From Carcharhinus amblyrhynchos (taxonomy: Eukaryota), in contig OZ336885.1 in the NCBI GenBank assembly GCA_965287045.1, positions 61,628,001-61,692,000 of the forward strand: a DNA stretch of 64,000 bases, written 5' to 3'. The translations under genes were made by a program, and so were the position numbers. The notes under the pieces are model-generated. The model ran no database searches, had not been told where the DNA came from, and saw nothing but the letters and a program-made list of their open reading frames with translations. This document shows positions 12,408 through 24,600 of the stretch, piece by piece. Position 1 is the first letter of the stretch. Each line of letters starts with the position of its first letter.

Positions 12408-14065
12408 TTTTCAACATGCCTATGTTTAATATTATGAAATCACTCTTTTAGGATTGAGTTACATTTCAGAATCATACAAAGTCTGTTTATCTATCGAAAT
12501 CCGAGACAAAAGAATATCCAAATACGTTGTAAACATTCTTAATTATTTTTCTTAATGTTTTGTTGCTTTGTTTTCTATGAGGGGGGGGGGGGACAAAGCC
12601 CGGATTTGGTGCCCAAAAGACAGTCCGAAACATGAATTAAACAATCGACCAGCATTAAAGTTCTTCACACTAAGTTTCGCTGAGTGAAAATCTTATCTTG
12701 TCTCTTCCCGCCAGAATATCCCACACCGACCAAATTCCGGGACGGTCGAAGGTCAGAGGAACTGTGTTGGCTTCAGGCGGGATCGTACGGAAAACTGGCG
12801 GAAATACCGGTTAAATTAGGCCCACATATATTCTTCCGCGTAAATGTTCACATTTGATCAGTTCCCTCATTATGGATGTTGGAATACAATGGAGAATTTG
12901 ATTTTCTTTTATAGAAATATAGAACAGGGCAGCACAGTACAGGCCCTTCGGCCTTCTGCCGAGCTTCGTCCGAAACCAACACACCAATCATTTTCTGCTA
13001 AACTGCGTCATTGTTAGCCTTTCTGGCATTGCGTAGTTGTTGAAGCAAGTATCTGCACTGTTACGAAAAATAACTAGCCATTATACGTCCATTTTAATTT
13101 TAAAAACAATCTTCATTAATTATTTTTGATGTACTTAAACTTTTACATCACAGGTTGGGCTGAATCAAACATGAAAACATAGCAGGAAACTCATAATCGT
13201 TAAGGAAGGCAGAAGTTACTTCATTTTCGCATCTGCTAAGTAGTGCCCTCAGATAGAAGTGTTCAATTGGTAACTGAGGATGCGTAGGGGAGGAAACCAA
13301 CTAATTAGACACTAAATGGCTGAAGGCAACCACAGAAGCAGTTAAATGGATTGGCACGTCTGATTCACAGGTGGGAGGATTTGATGGATTGCAAATACCT
13401 GGGAGCGTCATGTTTTGCGTATTTGTTTTCAGTAAACGATGGTTCAGAGAGGGTTGAAGTATCTGAAGTATCTGACATGCTTATCGGGTAGGGGAAATAA
13501 AATAGTCTTGCGGCATTATTCACCGATTCTGAGCATGTATGTTAACGTTCTTTCATATATGCAACTATGAGCTTCAGAAAAGAGAAAACTCAGTATGGGC
13601 CATTTCTTTGTATGACCATTTCCTTGATGCGAATTCGTGCAATTCATTGCAAACTGGACAGTCAATGGTTTATAGTGGATCATCCTATTCACCAAGTTCT
13701 TTGGAAACCGTATGAAGAATTTTGCGGACATGTTGCAAAACTAATCATTCAACATGAATTTTAACTAAATGCCCAGTTTGAAACTCATGACCGATCAGAA
13801 ATAGCACATAATCTCACGTCGCTGCAGTTGAAACTTACAACTGAAAAACTTCCTTAGATGTAGGGCCGAAAGATTCGAAATGGTGGTGAGCTGCCGGAGG
13901 AGGGAGCGGGAGAAGGCGGGGGTGGGGGGGTGGTGCTGAGGGTAAGGGGGCGCTGGTGGGTGGGTGTGAGGGAGCAGTTGGCGGAACTGTTGTTGATACT
14001 TTGTCAGAATGGGCCGAAGGCCTCATCTGCGCTGCCTGGATTGGATGGTTTTAGGGAGCACTTAC

Positions 14066-14092
14066 CTTCTTCCCTGGATTTCAGTTTTATTG
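14066..14092 (-). CDS. 27-nt phase-1 micro-exon, (A)IKLKSREE
   Basis: gatgtaccttaacag|CAATAAAACTGAAATCCAGGGAAGAAG|gtaagt. Confidence 0.8.
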
Positions 14093-16064
14093 CTGTTAAG
14101 GTACATCAATAAAATTAGAAATTAGAATACACAATAAATAAAAAAAGCATGACTTTGAAAGTATATGTATTATTGCTCCGACCAAGCGATAAGTTGGTGA
14201 AACATGGATTGGCAACATATCTACTCCAAAATCACTATGAGGGTGGCAACTGATTATGTGTCCAGTATTCCTCAACCAGTCGAAGTATATATTTGTTGGG
14301 AGGTGTGAGGACCCTATAAAGAATAATTATTTCCAACCTTGGCTTGAATTCACTTGAGAAAGTAATATTAAACAATGTCCAAACGTACATGCTCAAGCTG
14401 AAGGTGATAGGAAGCACTTAGAATCGAAGTAACTATTCCCACTGATTGGACATTCACAGATAATTATCTTCAGCAGATCAAGAACTAAAGCTCGTGACAA
14501 TACAATATTTCAAAACTGAAAATCTAAAAGCACCACTTTCTCCTCGTAGAAATTACGTGCTTCGTGATTAACGGCAGCTCAGCGCTCACCAACCATGTTC
14601 TAAGCAAAATGTCAAAATGAGTGTGCCTAAAAGTGGCGGTTATTCCGAACCTCCATAAAATATGTAGATAATTGGCATCGTAAAAAATATTCCTGACAAT
14701 ACATTTAAATGGATGTTACTATGAAGATGTCCTGCTGAAACAAAAAACGGTTATGCGGCAGTACCTTCCCAACCGACGATAGCTAACATCTAGATTAAAA
14801 AAAAACACCACCTGCAGCAGAACACACCCATCGGGAGCTTTCAGTCCCTCAAGCACCGACATAGAAAGCTATGTTGGTGCCAAATTCTGGAATGTATTCC
14901 TTGGTAGCATTCTGGGTGTATCTAAGGGAGCGTTGAGTTCAAGAAGGCAGCTTAGTGAAGGGGGGCTAAGGACAGGAAATGAAGGCTCGTTTAGTCAGAT
15001 AACCTGCCTTCCCTCGACAAAATACGAAAATAAAGCATGCGTTCAGTAACACCTCCAGGATTTTCAAACCGTTTCTGTGAATGGAAGAGAATACACTTAT
15101 AGCGATCAAATTATGATGTGACGCAGATATCACATGTGTTGCTCGCCTGTCACAGATTACGTTTTTTTTTACATATAGCACTGCAGGTATTTTCAGCATA
15201 TCCGCCTTTTCTCATCATCATCTATTTTAGCTTAGCGATCTCCAGAATGAAGCGAAATAAATTGGCAGGGTATCCTTCCGATACAACGGTGACATCTGGT
15301 TATACTTGTGGCCTGCAAGCGCCAAAAACAGAGTAAAAAATATTCAGGAATAATGAATTTCACGATGTATACATTGAACAGGAAATTTCGCAAATATACA
15401 GTTCAATTAATTCATTTTACTGCAAATTTCCTCAATAAAGACGAATATTTTACAGATGCAATAGAGCAAAAGCGACAATCAGATTGTGAAACAGAGCTTT
15501 TTGAGAGATGGAATAACAACGCGGAGATTCATTGCAACTGGCCCAAACGTTGGGAGGCATTTACTGGCTGCATTCGGAGATACACGTTTTCCCCAAAATT
15601 AGAGAATTAGACATGCCTTGCGAAAATGATGGACCCAATATTTCAAATAATTCAAAAAGCAAAGGTAGAATAAAACACAAAACAATACTCGATATGATGA
15701 TAAGTCAGTTCTTTGTCTTCCTTTCAGGTTTCTCACCTTTTTTGGCGAAATGTTTTTAGCAGTTTTTACTGCAAAAAAAAGGGCTAGGGAACGTGAACCT
15801 CATTTTCGCTTTGGCAAATTAGATTTGAATATCAGAAGTGAGAGTTGCATCAGGACTTCGGTTCCCTTAACATCAAATCCACATTCCTACCCACGCCCAT
15901 TAAGCTTCTGACAACTTGCTGAACGAACTATACTTCGGATAACCTTCACATATTCAATGATTCTGTTTCCACTCCATCTTGAGGAAAGGAATTCCAGAAA
16001 TTCATCATAATCTGAGAAAGAAATTGATCTAACCTTTGTCTTCAATGTGACCCGATGTGTCACC

Positions 16065-16270
16065 ATGCTAATCCCGACATCAAGTGTCAATCAACCATGT
16101 CCAATCACCTTCATCCTCATATCACTAGATTGTGCGTGGATTGTGGAACACCCGGAGGAAAGACACGCTGACAAGAGGAGAATGTTGAACTTCTACACAG
16201 AGATCCAAGCTAGAAGTGAAACCGGCTCTTGGTTGTCTGAGGCAGTTATGCCAATAGCTGTGCCAAAATC
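16065..16270 (-). mobile_element. Degenerate HE1-type SINE
   Basis: Resembles 38460-38650 (ggattgtggaacacccggaggaa...gaggcagttatgccaatagctgtgcc). Confidence 0.6.
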
Positions 16271-16499
16271 GCCCCCTTGCAAGAGTCAATGCAGCAAAAC
16301 GTGGCGTTATTTTTTCTTTACTTCGGAAGTGTTCGGCCAACCAAACATGTCGACGTTGTTTTGCTGTCATTACTCCAATAGTATAATAAAGAAAAAGTAA
16401 CTATTTATGTGGAGACATTTTCAGACTAATTCTGCCAAATTCGACGAATAAAAAAATGCTATTTGATAAGGCGGAAAATGTTTTAGAATCCATCATATA

Positions 16500-16900
16500 G
16501 ATTCAGAAGATTGGAAAATTTACAACATGTTTTCGTTGGACTTTGCTACAACATTGCAAGGAGCCAACAACAAGAAAACAGGTTAATGCGTTGAATTGAA
16601 AAATTATGAGAAATTTGCGATCCTGATTGCGAATGGATGGAAGATGTTCAATAAAGCGTTCATCCAGTCTAACATCCATTTTTCCGATGAGGCGCAGACT
16701 GCTTTTGGGAAAAGGGAATGCAAAGACCAGATGAAGGAGGTGCACGTGAAACGTTGCTTAACCTAAAGTGCAGTTTATGACCTGGGACGGGCAGCACGAA
16801 GAGGATAAAAATGAGGGTTCCGCATCTTCCACGATTGCATGGGAAGGCAAGGTGGGCAAGGGATCAGGTGTTGGATCAGATGGTGGAGTGGAGTCGGCGA
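16500..16900 (-). mobile_element. Penelope-like element GIY-YIG remnant
   Basis: ORF 16503-16745 LIGKMDVRLDERFIEHLPSIR parallels YIGETKRKLGEQFAEH at 53783-53971. Confidence 0.65.
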
Positions 16901-19900
16901 GATCAGTCTCTGTTGACGGTGGTGTGCGTGTGTAAGTTTGCGTGTGTGTGAGTGGAGCAGGGAAGGGATAGGAGAGGCCAATCAGTCATGATTGCTAGCA
17001 TCCACTGTTGTTTGCTTTTATTCAACTTCCTATCTTACATTATTGCGAGCATATTTTTATTGATTCCTTGCTCTCCAATTCCCACCATTCTTAAGTGATT
17101 GACTGAATTCTAATTTAATTAGTTAAGAATATAAAAAAAAACATATGTTCCATTAATACCGAGTGCGCTGCCGTATCAGACAACGAAGTGCAAAGGTGTA
17201 ACCGCTCAGGACGCGTGCCACACGTTAACATTAAGAAAATAAATATTGGCAACGAAACAGCGATGACCCACCGATTCGCATACAAATGCAATTTTCTCCC
17301 TTTTTAAAAAAATAAAAACACTTTCTATTCAACTTCAGTAATTTTGTAGATGAAAGATCTGAAGTTAATTCGAAATTGCCATTCCTTTCGTGGCAGCTAT
17401 TAGAATCAAGATGCTGGAACCCAACAAATTGCCTTGTAATTAAATTTCCACTGCCTCCTCATTGATACGTGTATGTCAATATTAGCCGGAAATAATTACA
17501 CATTTTTGTTGAGCTGAATGGTGCAGCGAATGGAACAATAGTTCGCTCGACGGATTTCCTTTGACCACATTTATTATTAATAACTTTGCAATCATTGAAT
17601 TTCACAACGCAACTCCTTCTTTATTTTCTTTGATCGTTTCTTTTGGAAACCAAAAGAACACGGGGCTTTGAGAGGCAACTGCACATTTTACGTGCTCGGG
17701 CATCAGTCCAAAAAATAGTAATAGTTATGCAGCATTTCTGTACCACGTCGATACTGGGCCTTATAGCAGATGATTGGTTTTCTCATTGTGACGACGTAAC
17801 ATCCTACGCTGTCCAAAGAGACTTTGTGCCAAAGAAATGCTTCGCATTTAACACTGATTAAATGTTTGAAAGTATACTTTGAAACTTCCAACAAAATCCA
17901 AGAAAATTACATGGTGAACTAAGTGACCATTATTGCCCCTCAGATCTGGCGAATAAAAAGAACAGACATTATCGTTTCAGGCCAGAAAGGTTCATGTTGT
18001 GCTCATGATGTTTGTTCATATAATCCCATTCTTCAATTTAGCAGTACGATTTAAATGAACAATTACTGCAATCATTATTCACATACAGTGGCAAATATTA
18101 GCACAGTGCATGTGTAACAATTTGCTTTTTCAGAAGGTTGTTGCGTTTTTTCCCCTTAATTTCTTTTCCCATCAGGTACGTCACGTCAGGAATGTTATTT
18201 TTGGGAAGCAAGTTAGCAGTACCTTAAGCGATGGATGAGTTACAAACTAGAACGCGTAACCTTAATTTCGACGCTAAAAATGTGCATTTTTACCAAAATC
18301 ACTGCCTCACATGGTGATGTAAAATAAGAAAAAAAAACTTTTGATGATTAATCATGTAGAATAGATCAAAAGCTATCTTACTGAAACAATTGGAAGTGCT
18401 TATATAGATGATTTGATCACTTATGCGTTGCACTTCTAAATATAGCTATATCTCAGGATTGGGCACATTTACATTATTAATTGCTATTTGCAAACCCCGA
18501 CTGATGAAGGACAAAACAGTTGTCCAAGTGGCTTAGGATTTAAAATCCATTTTTTTTTTCACAAATATTTAAGAATTTCACTTCGAATAAAGGTATCTAG
18601 TAGCCATGTAACTTTATGTGGCTGTGAAATATCACCGATCGATCATTTTCAGGCACAATTGAAATATAGCGTCGTTTACATGTACTAAAGATTGCATGTA
18701 CTAAAGTTTACATTATACTAAAATATAATTTTACAGGCAAGAAAAAGTAAATATACTAGAATTGGAAAACGACTCAGAATTATGCGTGAAAGCTCGATTA
18801 ATAATGCAGAAAGGCATGGAATCGGTGGGAATCCAAAATTCTCTGAGGAAAATGATTGCATCTTGCTCTAAAAGGCATCGTTAATGAATTATGCGTCATC
18901 CATTTTTATAAAACTTTGTTCTTTCAGCTGTGAAATAACTATTTGGTGCCAAATTATCGTGATTAAATTTTGGACAGGCTATTTTGAACTTGAATCAGTA
19001 ATTGTGCAGAAATTTAGATTCAAAGTGTTATGCAGCACCGGAAAATCCTTTTGGCTCATCATGTCTGTGCTGGACATCAAATAACTGACCGTTCCAATCC
19101 AATTTCCCAGATGCCCATTTGTAACCTTTCACACTGCAGTGTATCAAATGTTGATCTACCTGTTTCAAATATGTTTGTGAACTATTTGAGCAGAGTTCAT
19201 TTTACTTCTACTGAAATGGATAATAACGTCCTGGCAGCGGACATGCTCCATCGGAATTGTACAAGTAAAAGCTTAATTAATTATTCTTAAGAAGTTGCTC
19301 AAATGTCTGCTACCTGGTTTGGCTTAAAGGCCAAAGCAAAGATATTCCTTAATGGTCATTTTTACTTTCAACGCCAACAGAATTATGATAGCAACGTCCA
19401 CTTTTTTGAAAGTGGAACTGTCTTTAAAGAATAAAGTGTCAGGCGCAGCTGACATGAAATAAGGAATGCAATTGAATGAGATTGGGCTGGTTTGAAACGT
19501 TGCGACTCTAGGCGAGAGGGCAGTGTACAGCGATCAGGCAACAAATAACGGGGCATGTTAACAGACGCAGTCAGACAGGAAGGGGACAGTGTGTCTTTGG
19601 AGCTACCTGACATCATTCCTTCGAGGCACAAACAAACATCTGTGCTATTCTCTGAAATCTCCCCGTGCAATCTTGTTTTTAATCTGATCATTCAGTGTCC
19701 ATGGAATGATTTTGGAATCAGTATCGGCAGTCTGATATCAATTCAAATTGCAGATTTTCAGCAACTGCAGTTGACCAGTGGTGGCTTATTTTGTTTCAGC
19801 ACATTCAGTATTTTTATCAGTGGATATATGAAGGTGAGGGTTGCATTGATGGAGAGGGAAAATTGAGTAGTTTTTTTTTTCGCCGAATGCTGTGTAGAGA

Positions 19901-19943
19901 AGGTTTCCTTTACTAAATAGAAATGGTGATCATTTTCATTGAC

Positions 19944-19970
19944 CATATGATGCTTCCAGAATTGTCTTCT
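19944..19970 (-). CDS. Candidate 27-nt phase-1 micro-exon, (E)KTILEASY
   Basis: catacaaaaatag|AGAAGACAATTCTGGAAGCATCATATG|gtcaat; both splice sites are weak, but length, phase and position after a 36-nt exon fit. Confidence 0.4.
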
Positions 19971-20228
19971 CTATTTTTGTATGCAAAACAAACATGTTGA
20001 ATCACTTTCTCTATATTGAGTCACGTGACTCTAGATTGAATATTAAATTGGTATTAAGTTTCAGAACAACTTTGTCACTTCGGGGGAGTACGATTCTCTC
20101 TAAAGCCTGTTTGCACTTTTGTTTTTCGTAGAGCATATATCATGTTACTCAATGAGGTCAGTATTGCACACGTTAGAGGAAATTCCCAACAAGTATTTCC
20201 CAGACAGCAACACAAGTTATGGGACAAC

Positions 20229-20264
20229 CTGAGTATTCGTTGGTGTTTTTGAATTCGTCCAGCT
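20229..20264 (-). CDS. 36-nt phase-1 micro-exon, (E)LDEFKNTNEYS
   Basis: ctattctactttccag|AGCTGGACGAATTCAAAAACACCAACGAATACTCAG|gttgtc; paralogous to 42876-42911. Confidence 0.75.
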
Positions 20265-20439
20265 CTGGAAAGTAGAATAGGGAATCACTCCAGTTATGTA
20301 CAGTCTACATTTCATTTGCCTTTCTGTTCAAACAATTGCTGCCCTGAATTCAATGCCCTTTAACAACCAGAGCAACCACTGACAATCTTTACTTATTTGA
20401 TGTTATTCATTTTCTTATTGCCTTATTTATTAGTCAACA

Positions 20440-20600
20440 AGAAAAAAAAATGAGTCTTGCGCGCTGTACTGTCAAAACTTACCAAATATTGAGCAGGAAA
20501 GGAGTGCAAATTGCAGTTTTATAGTCGTAGCTGGGGTATAGAGAAAGATGTATCTAATGTGTGGTAGATTCATTTAACAATCTGATGGCAGACATAGCAA
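20440..20600 (-). mobile_element. Degenerate LINE (L2/Rex-like) 3'-end fragment; uninterrupted paralog of the element split at 37462/40301
   Basis: cttgcgcgctgtac...gaaaggagtgcaaattgcagttttatagtcgtagctggggtatagagaaagat aligns across 37410-37462 joined to 40301-40345. Confidence 0.6.
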
Positions 20601-21155
20601 ACAACATTTCAGAAATATAATCTGGCATATGCGTTGCCTTTCTTTCCCTTTTGCGTATGCAGTATATGATTCATACTAACGCAGGTGACAATGATCCGAA
20701 AACAATAAGTTCACATTTCCACTTCTTTATTTTCCTCTAACAGTATTGGAAACTTCCTGCTTCGGCTGTGACAATGTAAGGGGCCGTACTTATCTTGACC
20801 TAAATTATTAGATTCTCAGGCAGCGTCTTTCACAAAGAGCACTTTCACACGTTCGCAGCCAGAGTGCTGATATTAAGGATTGCATGAAATATAAATGTAT
20901 TTCTACATGTCTATTCAAAAATTGACTAATGGTTTATAGAATGTTTTTGCTCATAATCGACATCTCAATCACAAGCACAGTCACCAATAAATGACTCGTG
21001 AAGAAGTGCCACGAAGGCATTCGAGTTTTTTTTTGCTTTTCAGGTGCAACACTACTAATACCCATACCTTTGCGAAGTGCACGGTATACATATCAGCATA
21101 CCTTGTTAACACTGTCTCTAAATACTTTCACTGGTTAGAGTGCAAAATTGTGTAC

Positions 21156-21182
21156 CCTCTTGTTTTGCTTTCAGTTCTTCTC
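21156..21182 (-). CDS. 27-nt phase-1 micro-exon, (R)EELKAKQE
   Basis: ttttttttacag|GAGAAGAACTGAAAGCAAAACAAGAGG|gtacac. Confidence 0.85.
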
Positions 21183-21568
21183 CTGTAAAAAAAATAGTCA
21201 TTAACATTTGGAATCAAAGCTCAGATGCAGCAGTAATAATTGTCCTCAACAAATCAGTGATGTCTAATGGCTATTTACATGGTGCTGGGAGCACCGCATT
21301 ATCAATGTGTGTTTGTTACGGAAAGCAGAGAAAATCACATCCAAATGTTTGTTTCTGGAAATAATTTTCGATGGAAATCGCTGAATAAATAATTGCTTGT
21401 ACGGTTTTCTTGCTATTTAATGTCGTGCAAGTGAACAGAACTTAACCAAATTCGATCGAGGTGAAAATGGGATGTGAACGTCAAAGCACATCCACTAAAG
21501 CCCCATACTTGGTTAATTTCCTCTCATGTGAACGCACGCTGGTTTCAAGAACTAAAAAAAAAACTCAC

Positions 21569-21604
21569 TTAATTTGTTCAATAAGTCTTTGTATTTGCTC
21601 AGCT
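21569..21604 (-). CDS. 36-nt phase-1 micro-exon, (E)LSKYKDLLNKL
   Basis: atcttcattccag|AGCTGAGCAAATACAAAGACTTATTGAACAAATTAA|gtgagt. Confidence 0.85.
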
Positions 21605-24600
21605 CTGGAATGAAGATTTTGCAAATATAAACATATTCATTACTTGTAACGTTTCCTTGCGTTTCCATGTTGAAATATCAATAAATATGTTTCAGAAAAG
21701 TTTAGTGAAACGTGCGCCACGATTTCTGCGCAGGAAGTGTGATAAAGCATAACGAAAAAGTTTCAATTAATCAATAAGAAATTATTGCCTGCTTTAAAAA
21801 AAAAGTCGCGAAAGATTAGATATTTGATAAACGATGAATTCAAGCGACTGGATAATTGACAGTTGAAGGGGCAGTTTAGTAACCACTATCTGTGAAACAC
21901 CGGCCAGAATTCGAGGAATGAAACTAACTTCCCGTGTCAACCAAGACGAATTCTAACCAAGTAGGGTGGAGTGATATATCCGCTGCTATAATCGCACATA
22001 ATTTATCTTCTGGCTTCCTATAAGCATGATATAAATGCGAACATAGCGACACATCTATATTTCCAACAACAAGTAGAGGAGATAGTAAAGCGTCGACATA
22101 CCAGTTGACAGAATGTAATGCTTTGTTGAAAGAAAACCATGTAATTCAAGGAAAGCTAAGAACGGTACGGTAGTCGAGGCAAAAATGCAGAAAGGGAAAC
22201 TTAACACTCAAGTTTCGTTTTGGGTTTGATCTCTGATATTGACCTGATTTTGATTGTAAATGGCTGGGTGCAGCGAGTGGTTACAAACTTGGCATATGCA
22301 CATAGAGAAACTGTATGTACACGAACTAAAATCTGACTTGAGTGCGTTTGAGTTGTGAATGAGTAAAATTCGCAGAGATGTCAAGCATGTACCATCGAAT
22401 CAAAATTACCCCGACCTCGAATAACTCTACAAATCTCATCCATGAGTGGTCATGAAAGGTACTTCTACGCATGTCTCTTGTAGTCGAAGCGCGAAAACAT
22501 GGGGGGAAAAGAATCAAATTTACACAGCATATAAAATAATAGTTTCGAAAATAAATTACTGTCCTCATTTGATTCGTTTTTTTTCGTGTATGAGAGCACG
22601 TTACACCATGTTAAAAAACAATTATCGCTTTGCAATGTGAACAGCATTTTAATATTTGTTGCGATTTCGCACAAGTAACTTGCAATATCCTGACGCTGGG
22701 CTTAGTCTCGTTTCATTATTTCCATTCCACTAGTTAAATATATTGAGCTCGGAATATCGTACTGCAGAGTGGCTACAGGCATTGTCAGGATTTTCCAGTA
22801 ACATCACGAAGTTTAGTCTCGACGTTACTTAGGTACGACGTTTAAACGTGAGCCAGCCCACATTTTGAAGACGAATTAAACATTAGATAGATGACAGGCA
22901 GTTAGGCATTGCTCTTGAGGGTCAAAATTTTTTTAAAAAGGAACAGCATTATACTGTAACGAAAATCTACACGTAGCATTTAAGTGCGGAGTCGACAATC
23001 TATGAGCAACGGGAAAATAGAACAGTCATCGAAATTTGCTGTGGAGGCTGTAGTCAATGCACACTCGATAACTTACACCATGAAATGAATTGACTTGTAT
23101 TAGAAACCCATAAAACAAGGCGTTTAATTAATCCCATTAATAGTCGTTTCGATCAGTCTCATATTTGGAACTCTTATCCCCGTTGGTCCCGAATTCCAAT
23201 TAATTAATTTTGTACCGGATGTGCTTCATTCAAATCGGAAGTCTTATTTTTAACCTGCACATAATAAATTTTAATGTCTTGATGACCTATCTACAATGGG
23301 TGTAAAAAATATTAATATCTTCACAGTGGTAAACTCGATTGTTCTAACTGAGGGGCAACTTTATTTCTGCAGAAAATGGATAGACCAAATCATTGGATTA
23401 ACTATGTGACACGAACATGTACACTGAAACTCTGCATAGTGTACACTCGTTTGGCGAATCACTCCATGAAGGTTGAATGCCTTTGATTTTTCTCTTCAGC
23501 TTATCTATTAATGCGTGTTTGTATTCTTAGGCTTCTGAGGGACGGGCAACTAAACGAGAAATGTTTCAAACCAAGAAAACACGCAACCTCAACCCCACTA
23601 TTCGCGCACTTGTTAAGGAAAGTAAAAGATGTTTAATGGACGTGATTGTGTTCTAATATCATACATTTTTTTTCCGATGAAGCCCGATTAAATTATCGGC
23701 TGAGTAGCCTATACTCTGACATGCCGAAACATATAACTGCCAACATTTTGAAAGCGAGTGAATGTTTGTACCGTACTTTGGTAAACTGAAACTGAAAACA
23801 TGCGGGCATGTTTTCACTGTTTCATAGAACAAACTGTTGAGTCTGGATGTTTATGTAGTTTGCAGTACACGCAAACGATCCGCACTGTGATAGGTTCTGA
23901 CATTTTTTTTTCAGTAATTCTCAGCAAATGGACGAGAAATTAACTTAAAATATATTAAAAAACACACTTAAAGTTTTGGGATCACATGTATTGATGGACG
24001 TTGTCATTATTTAATTAAAATAACGTGTTATTTGTGCATTGTCTCTCCCAGGTGAATTTCTTGCATTAGTTTGGGATTGTTGTTTGGGATTGAAAGAAAA
24101 CATATTAGACTTCTCTTGGTTTAGATAGGAAATTATCCCAACAGGTGTAAGTGTAAGAAGCAGAATGATAACTCGATTAAACGTGAATGCAGATAGAGGC
24201 ATAATGGATTAAGAGCCAAAGGGATGGGAGAGTTATTTCGCCGGCTTATATCTGAGAAATAATTATAAAGGAATACCTTTTGCAATTCGATGAATAGTTG
24301 TTTCGCAACACACATTTAGATTCGACATGAACCTGAACGCAGGAGCACTGAGGCGTTAGGTATTTCTCCGTTGACGCTTGTTGTAATGGTTGTCGTACTC
24401 CAGCAACAGATACGCTTGGACGTAATAAACAATTGGTTTAAATGTTTGAAACAAAGTTATATTGATGTTGACATTAAATTAGATTACGTTTAAGATGACA
24501 AAGGACCGAAAATCGTATTAAGAAGTTATATAACCGACCTGATTTTACTGATAACATTAAAACAATTCGAGCGGTCCAGTTACTCTGGATCAGAGATCAT

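Noticed and set aside
21509-21551. 43-nt segment with a strong acceptor and gtatgg donor
   Set aside because: Only 17 bp from the 21569 exon, frameshifting, and unlike the module consensus.
23216-23504. 39-nt (23216-23254) and 24/42-nt (ending 23504, DKLKRKIK...) exon candidates
   Set aside because: The first has a stop in phase 1; the second has a weak donor and a non-modal length. Neither is supportable without reads.
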